Of a stretch of DNA of 64,000 nucleotides, positions 57,883 to 64,000 are shown in pieces. Position 1 is the stretch's first letter; every line of letters begins with the position of its first letter. The translations under genes and the position numbers were made by a program. The stretch spans positions 323,454,001 to 323,518,000 of the forward strand of contig OZ024741.1 in assembly GCA_964016885.1 (NCBI GenBank), given 5' to 3'. This stretch comes from Eledone cirrhosa. Taxonomy: Eukaryota. Below the pieces are notes generated by a model. The model had not been told where the DNA came from, searched no databases, and saw only the letters and a program-made list of their open reading frames with translations.

Positions 57883-59820
57883 AATCTAAGGCGTTCGATA
57901 GGGTCGACCATGGTTACCTGGATGCGGTGCTAGCGGCGGCAGGCTTCGGACCCGTTTTCAGGGGCTGGATCACTGCTATGCACAGCAGCCGCATCTGCTC
58001 TAGGGTCAAGGTGAACGGCTACCTCTCGGAGCCGTTCCAAATCGCGCGGTCCATCCGACAAGGGTGCCCTCTCTCCTCCCTTCTGTATGTGTTGACTCTC
58101 GAGCCACTACTGCGGAAGTTGGAGTTGTTGCAGGGCATCCCCTTGGAACCGGGATTGCGGAAAGCGGTGTCGGCCTACGCCGATGACGTGACAGTAATGG
58201 TGTCGACGGCTTCCGAAATCGAGGCGGTCGGCACCTTACTGGAGGAGTACGAAAGGTTCACAGGGGCTAAGCTGAACCGGGACAAGTCGATCGGTTTGCA
58301 ACTCGGCACGTGGAGGGGCAGACCGATGCCCTCCGATAGCGTCGTCGGACGCTGGACGGAGGGCCCGGTGAAGTTGCTCGGGGTCTGGTTCGGACCGGAC
58401 CTCCAGGTGGAGAAAAACTGGGCGGAGGTTACGAACAGGGTGTTTGCACTGACCCAGAAGTGGGCCAGTTGCAAACTATCCCTGAAAGGTCGGGCGGAAG
58501 TGGCGAACACCTACATAGCGTCCGTCATCTACTACCGCCTGACCGTAGTGCCCTGCCCAAGGGAAACCCTCACCAAGATGGAGCGCGCGCTCTTCCAATT
58601 CCTTTGGAAGAGGCGGGCTCCTATGGTGAGGAGATCCATCTGCTGTCAACACCCTTCGAAAGGAGGGCTGGGGATGCCGTGGCTAATGATGCGTAAACAC
58701 GCATTAAGGCTACGGCACCTCTACGTATTCCTCACCGGACAACCGGTGTGGGCCTCGTTTGTGAGACGAACCTTTCCCAGACTCGTCTCACTCACCGAGC
58801 TGCAATCCTGGGTCAAGCAAAGACCGAGAAAACTGGGCGCCTGGCACACTGAGTGTGCCCAGGCGCTCACCGCCCTCTGGCAGGCGGATCCGGTTATCAG
58901 TGGAGACTCCACCGCAACATTCTATAGAGGGCTGGTACGCAGCAGGTGCGACGACGCCCTCGGAGAAGCCCTAGACATGGAGGAGGACGAACTGGCCAGC
59001 CTGTTCGGTAGGACATTCAGCCCAGGACCTATGGACAACTTCCAGAAGTCCCTGGCCTGGCAGTGCTACCGAGGGGCTTTACCCGTTCGAGAAAGGCTCT
59101 ACAGACACGGGCGCCCGGGTAGGGACCCCGCCAAAAAGATCTGTCCCAGATGCGTGTGCGACGAGGAAACCGTTGCACACGCATTGGTACACTGCTCGGG
59201 CGTAGCCGATCTGTGGGGCTATGTCGAACAACTGCTGTCAAGGGTGGGACCGATCCGGTTGACCACCGAGTCTATTGTAATGATCAAGCCGCCTCCCCCC
59301 TTCAAAGATGAAGCAGAGGCGGTGTTTCTGTGCGTAATAGCCATGGCGAAAGAGGTTGTATGGTGGACGCGTCTGAAAGGACTGAGGTCAGGCACCTTTC
59401 TCTCTGGCCAACAACTGGTCCGTTTCTTCCGATATCATTTCGGAAGAAGGATCAGGATGGAGAGAGAGGTGCTGCACCCCAGCCGTTTCTATGAAAGATG
59501 GGTGAAAGTGGCGAGAATGGCCCGTGTGAATGGGCCTTCACTCTACATCAGACTATAGGTGAGGAAGATGAAAGACCAAGGGAGCACCCCTTCTCTGTGC
59601 TCCTGAGGAGAAGGGTTGCACACTTTTTTCGGGGGTGTGTGCGACCCCCCAAGGCGCCTCCTCTCTATTGAGGATTTTGTTAAAAATTTTATTTTTTGTT
59701 ATATCTTATTTTATTTTTATATATTGTTATTGCCTCCTCCTTATTGAGGACGCCTTTTTGTGTAAACTCCCCCCTTTGTACTTGTCCCACTTTTGATGCC
59801 CTAGTGGCAAATAAAAGAAA
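57883..59820 (+). mobile_element. Tx1 5'-truncated copy with an uninterrupted RT-to-C-terminus frame (543 aa), further subfamily
   Basis: SKAFDRVDH, RQGCPLS, YADD, CPRC..H..C; no stops in 57927-59558; (TATC)n on both sides. Confidence 0.93.
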
Positions 59821-59822
59821 CA

Positions 59823-59874
<52 letters not shown>

Positions 59875-61199
59875 CTCAGCCATATTTAAGTTTCCTCACT
59901 TGATGAGAAATAGGGACAATTATTTCTACCTCTCTCTTTGTAGGCTTCTTCTGTATCTCCCTTCCTCTTTCACCCTCTCTTTCACTCTGACTTTCTCCTT
60001 CTGTGCCTCTTCCTCTCTCTTTATAAGCTTCTCTACATCTCTTTTTCACTCGTTCACTCTCTCTGACTCTCTCTTTTTGTAACTCGATCTCTCACTGTAT
60101 ATACTTGGTTCCCTACTTGTAGGCTTCTGCATAGCTCTCTCTCCTTGTCTGTCTAACCCTCTCTCTCTTTTTCTTTCTCTCTTCGTGTCTGTCTAACTCT
60201 TTTTCTCTCTGTATCTCTCTCATTTTTATTTAAGTTACTAAACACAGATTGGGCTGTAATGAATTAAAGCCCGAATTTCCTATTGCATGTAATTAAGTTT
60301 CAAGAATCATTTCAAGTGATTTAGCCGAAAGTTATTTCAGATAAACTAGATGTGGTTTTACAATCTTCACCATTTCAGTCGCAGCAGAATCTTTTCGAAA
60401 GTCGACACATAGGGTTTTCTCTGGTGCCTCAGATTTATTGCTATTTAAATATATAACTGAATGGTTATAAAACATGCTTCGTGATCATAAGTCTGCAGGT
60501 TCGATCCACCACGTTCTCTGTCTCCATTTGCAATTCGTCAATCTCTTCTATGCTGCTATTAGTCATATGTTCAATGGTAACTAGGTAGGACATTGGAGAT
60601 CTAGCTACAAACACGCCACACCCACCACCTCCACTGAGATGTTAGAGTCTCACAAAAAAAAGTTCACTTTGCACGCATTAGGTCCGAAGTTCAACCCCAT
60701 TGTGTGACATCCTAGGCCAATACCATTTATACTAGCCACGGGTCAATCTAAGCCTTGTGAGTACAATTGGATGGAAGGAATGTATTTAGATGCCTGCTGG
60801 ATGACATATATGTGTAATTCAAAGAGGCAGCCTTGTCACATGTAAGTGCACACGAGTCTGTGGAATCCTCATTCGCTTGTAAGTTAATTACACAAGCAGG
60901 CTGTTCAGTTGAGCGAACAATTGAATGCTCATCGTCGAAACCGATGGAAGACCATCATTTTTCAAATGGATAAGATAGGCAGAGATATAGCTGTGGTGTT
61001 AAGAAATTATTTTCGAAGTTATGTAGTTTCGAGTTCAATGCAATATCATGGTACTTTGGGAGAAAGTCTTCCACCACAGTCTCAGGCGGATCAATACATT
61101 GAGAGGAGAATTTGGTTGACAGAAATTGTGCAGAAGTCCATCAAAACAGATCATTATACTTTTGTGGTTATGGTCATCAATCTTGAGCAATGACCAAAA

Positions 61200-61600
61200 T
61201 AATACGATCGTAAATACAAGTGGCCGAAATGGGGCCTCTGAAGGGTCTTTGGAGTAACGTTACTCGATAGAGTGCGGAGATCGGAGTGTAGCTCCAAGTA
61301 AAGTCGCTACTTCTCTGAATTGAGAAACCACAGCTCCGATATTACGGACATGTGGTTAGAATGTATCAGGAAAGAATCTCTGGACAGATTTTACGGGCAA
61401 AACCAACCGGCAGGGGACCCAGGTGTAGACAGCAGAACATTCGATAACATGTATGAGCTCGGCTGGTCTCGCTTGGGATCAAGATGGCTCAATTGGAGTC
61501 GGTTGCTTCTGACAGGACCCTCCCCCTTCTCAGAAGAAGAAGAAGAAGAAGAAGAAGAAGAAGAAGAAGAAGAAGAAGAAGAAGAAGAAGAAGAAGAAGA
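61200..61600 (+). mobile_element. Probable RTE-like 3' remnant with (GAA)n tail
   Basis: Degenerate C-terminal coding pattern running into (GAA)n at 61533-61600. Confidence 0.45.
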
Positions 61601-62029
61601 ATCGCTGAATTGCCTGATTTAACACCATTACTTGGTCCCAAGGTAATTTTAGTGGTATACGTTCTATTAGAAATAGGAGGATCAGGTCTTTGGTCTTGGT
61701 AGAACCGACCCCCTTGTTGTCTTCAGTCTGTGAAGTTATGAAATAGTCATTATGAGCACGACCCCTCCTCTTCTGACTGATGTATTGAAACATTGTCATA
61801 AATTAACTACAGCTATTTGACAAGTCCATTAGTTCCACCGGCTTGAGCTTAATAATTGATAACTTCAAAAGACCACTGCCATCACCATCGCACACGTTAG
61901 ATCAGCTTGGAAATCTATTAATATATGAACAACGCCGAAAAGGGGAAATAACTGCAGAGAGGCGCTGTGTAGGATAAAAACAACAATTGAAAAAGCAAAA
62001 TGGGGATAGTTGTCTATACTTTGGTTAAG

Positions 62030-62546
62030 CAAGGATAATGGTTTCTTATATAGGCACAAGACCAACAATTTTGGGGGAGGGGGAAAGTCGATTAAATCGA
62101 CCCCAGGGCGTGACTGGTACTTTATTTTATCGACCCCGTAAAGATGAAAGGCAAAGTTAACATCGGCGGGATTTGAACTCAGATCACAAAGGGCCGTCCA
62201 ACCCTCTACCGATACTGTCAATCCACCGCCCTAATAAGCAAGGATAATTGTTTCTACTTTAGGCACAAGGCTAGCAATTACCCAGTACATTACTGGTACT
62301 TTATTTTATCGACCCCGTAAGGATGAAAGGCAAAGTCAACCTCGTCGGGATTTGAACTCAGACCATAAAGGGGCGTAACTATGCTAGAAAGCATGACGTC
62401 CAATAAGCAAGGATAATGACAGCTATAAAGACCATCAGGAACAGCAACTGTTCGTCATATATTGAATTGAAAATTAATTTAGCTATAAAACCAAAGTGCA
62501 TTTAATTATTTATTGAACGAAAAATATAGTAACCATAATAATTAAT

Positions 62547-62589
<43 letters not shown>

Positions 62590-62875
62590 CGTCATAGTGA
62601 TGATGATGATGATGATGATGATGACGACCACGATGATAATTGTGATAAGAATAATAATGGTTTCTTATTTAGGCACAAGGCCAACAATTTTTTTGGAAGG
62701 GGAAAGTCGATTAAATCGACCTCAGTGCGTTACTGGTACTTTATTTTATCGACCCCGTAAGGATGAAAGGCAAAGCTAACTTCGGTGGGGTTGGAACTCA
62801 GAATGTAAAGAGACGTAACTATCTAGGTGAAAGCATGTCCAACACTCTACCGATTCTGTCAACTCCTCAGCATAC
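62030..62875 (-). mobile_element. Three Nin/Deu-like SINE copies (about 62030-62232, 62240-62400 and 62652-62875)
   Basis: Reverse complement of the 28611 family; shared CTGGTACTTTATTTTATCGACCCCGTAA.GATGAAAGGCAAAG. Confidence 0.88.
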
Positions 62876-62970
62876 TAATAATGATAAAGCAGATAGGGCT
62901 TCAGGAGACGGCTTGGTATCTAGCAACCTAAACTCCGACAGAAGAACAACGAAATGCCAAGGAAATAAAA

Positions 62971-63030
<60 letters not shown>

Positions 63031-63469
63031 GCCACTGCCACTGCTGCTGCTGCTGATGATGATGATATAACCAATGCGTATATAGGCGTGCTCAGTAATG
63101 CATTGACTGCACACCAATGAAAATGAAACTAATGATGATGATGATGAGGATGATGATATTAATAACAACAACAGTAACAATATATAATAATAATTATCTC
63201 TTAAAAGCCGATTAATGAACAATATCAACCATGATGACGATGAAGTGTGTTTTAAGAGAGGTTCAATAAATATTTGTGCTGATGGCATTACAAAAAATGG
63301 CAAATAATATTTCAAAAAAATTATCAAACTATGAAAATAATACAGTAAAATTATAATTTGATTTCATGTTATAATATAGCTTTTATATAGCTATATTTAC
63401 AAGAACAGGGAACGTGTAAATTTTCTAAAGAGTTTTATAATGTATTCAATAAATTCTGGATCGTCTACT

Positions 63470-63865
63470 GCTTGTCGAGTCGCAACGAGGACCTTAGATA
63501 GACAATATTTTACTGACGATATGTGCAGTGCTCAACAGGACAGTCTTTTTTAAGAGAGCAATTTGTGATTCGAAGACTATTTGCTCAAGATACCCTCTCA
63601 GTTTTAGTGGTATGAAGCCCTAATCAACGATGAAAACTGAAATTACTTAAGTGTTGTTTTGTTGCATTGACAGTATCCGTATATTTCGTACATGTATTCA
63701 GTATATACTGTTATTTTTTCAATTTCTTTCAAGGCTATGTTATTGTCTCCTACAATAGTAATGTCTGGCATTGAACCATACTTACAATATCAAATTACAA
63801 TATCAAATCTGTTGTTTTCAAGTCTGCGGTCTCTGTGGATAGTGAAGTTCCAAAGTATCTTGGAT
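63470..63865 (-). mobile_element. R4-like LINE endonuclease remnant
   Basis: KILWNF..DRRLENNR..DNNIALKEIEK..Y..LLSTAHI. Confidence 0.65.
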
Positions 63866-64000
63866 TGACAGTATCGATAGAGTGTCGGACACCCTGCTTC
63901 ACGGCATAGAGTTACGGTACTTTATGATCTTAGTTCAAATCCCACCGAAGTTAACTTTGCCCTTGATCCTTACGGGGTCGATAAAATAAAGTACCAGTAA
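63866..64000 (+). mobile_element. Nin/Deu-like SINE running off the window end
   Basis: AGTTCAAATCCCACCGAAGTTAACTTTGCC..GGGGTCGATAAAATAAAGTACCAG. Confidence 0.85.

Overview
Repeat-saturated, AT-rich metazoan DNA with no recognisable host gene. The SINE families and microsatellite load resemble a coleoid cephalopod (Octopus-like) genome; this is inference. Contents: (1) at least eight copies or remnants of Tx1/L1-clade LINEs, including one full-length but mutated copy (about 39022-44778), almost all inserted into (TATC)n microsatellites and often head-to-tail; (2) a near-intact RTE-clade LINE (about 18721-23380) with APE, RT and an inserted PHD-like Cys/His finger; (3) a frameshifted R4/Dong-like restriction-endonuclease LINE in (TACA)n; (4) three Penelope-like (RT/GIY-YIG) fragments; (5) two tail-to-tail non-autonomous Helitrons; (6) CR1, CRE, RTE and R4 remnants and more than 15 tRNA-derived SINE copies or fragments. 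The most interesting signal is not in the ORF track: about a dozen type I hammerhead-ribozyme folds can be read by eye. Some lie in Penelope 3' regions; others lie in small non-coding fold-back or tandem units (retrozyme-like). They show recurrent core variants (U3:A8, U4C, mismatched 10.1-11.1 pair, palindromic mini stem III), and two sit next to octamer-like motifs. All folds and coordinates were assigned manually and need computational and experimental confirmation.
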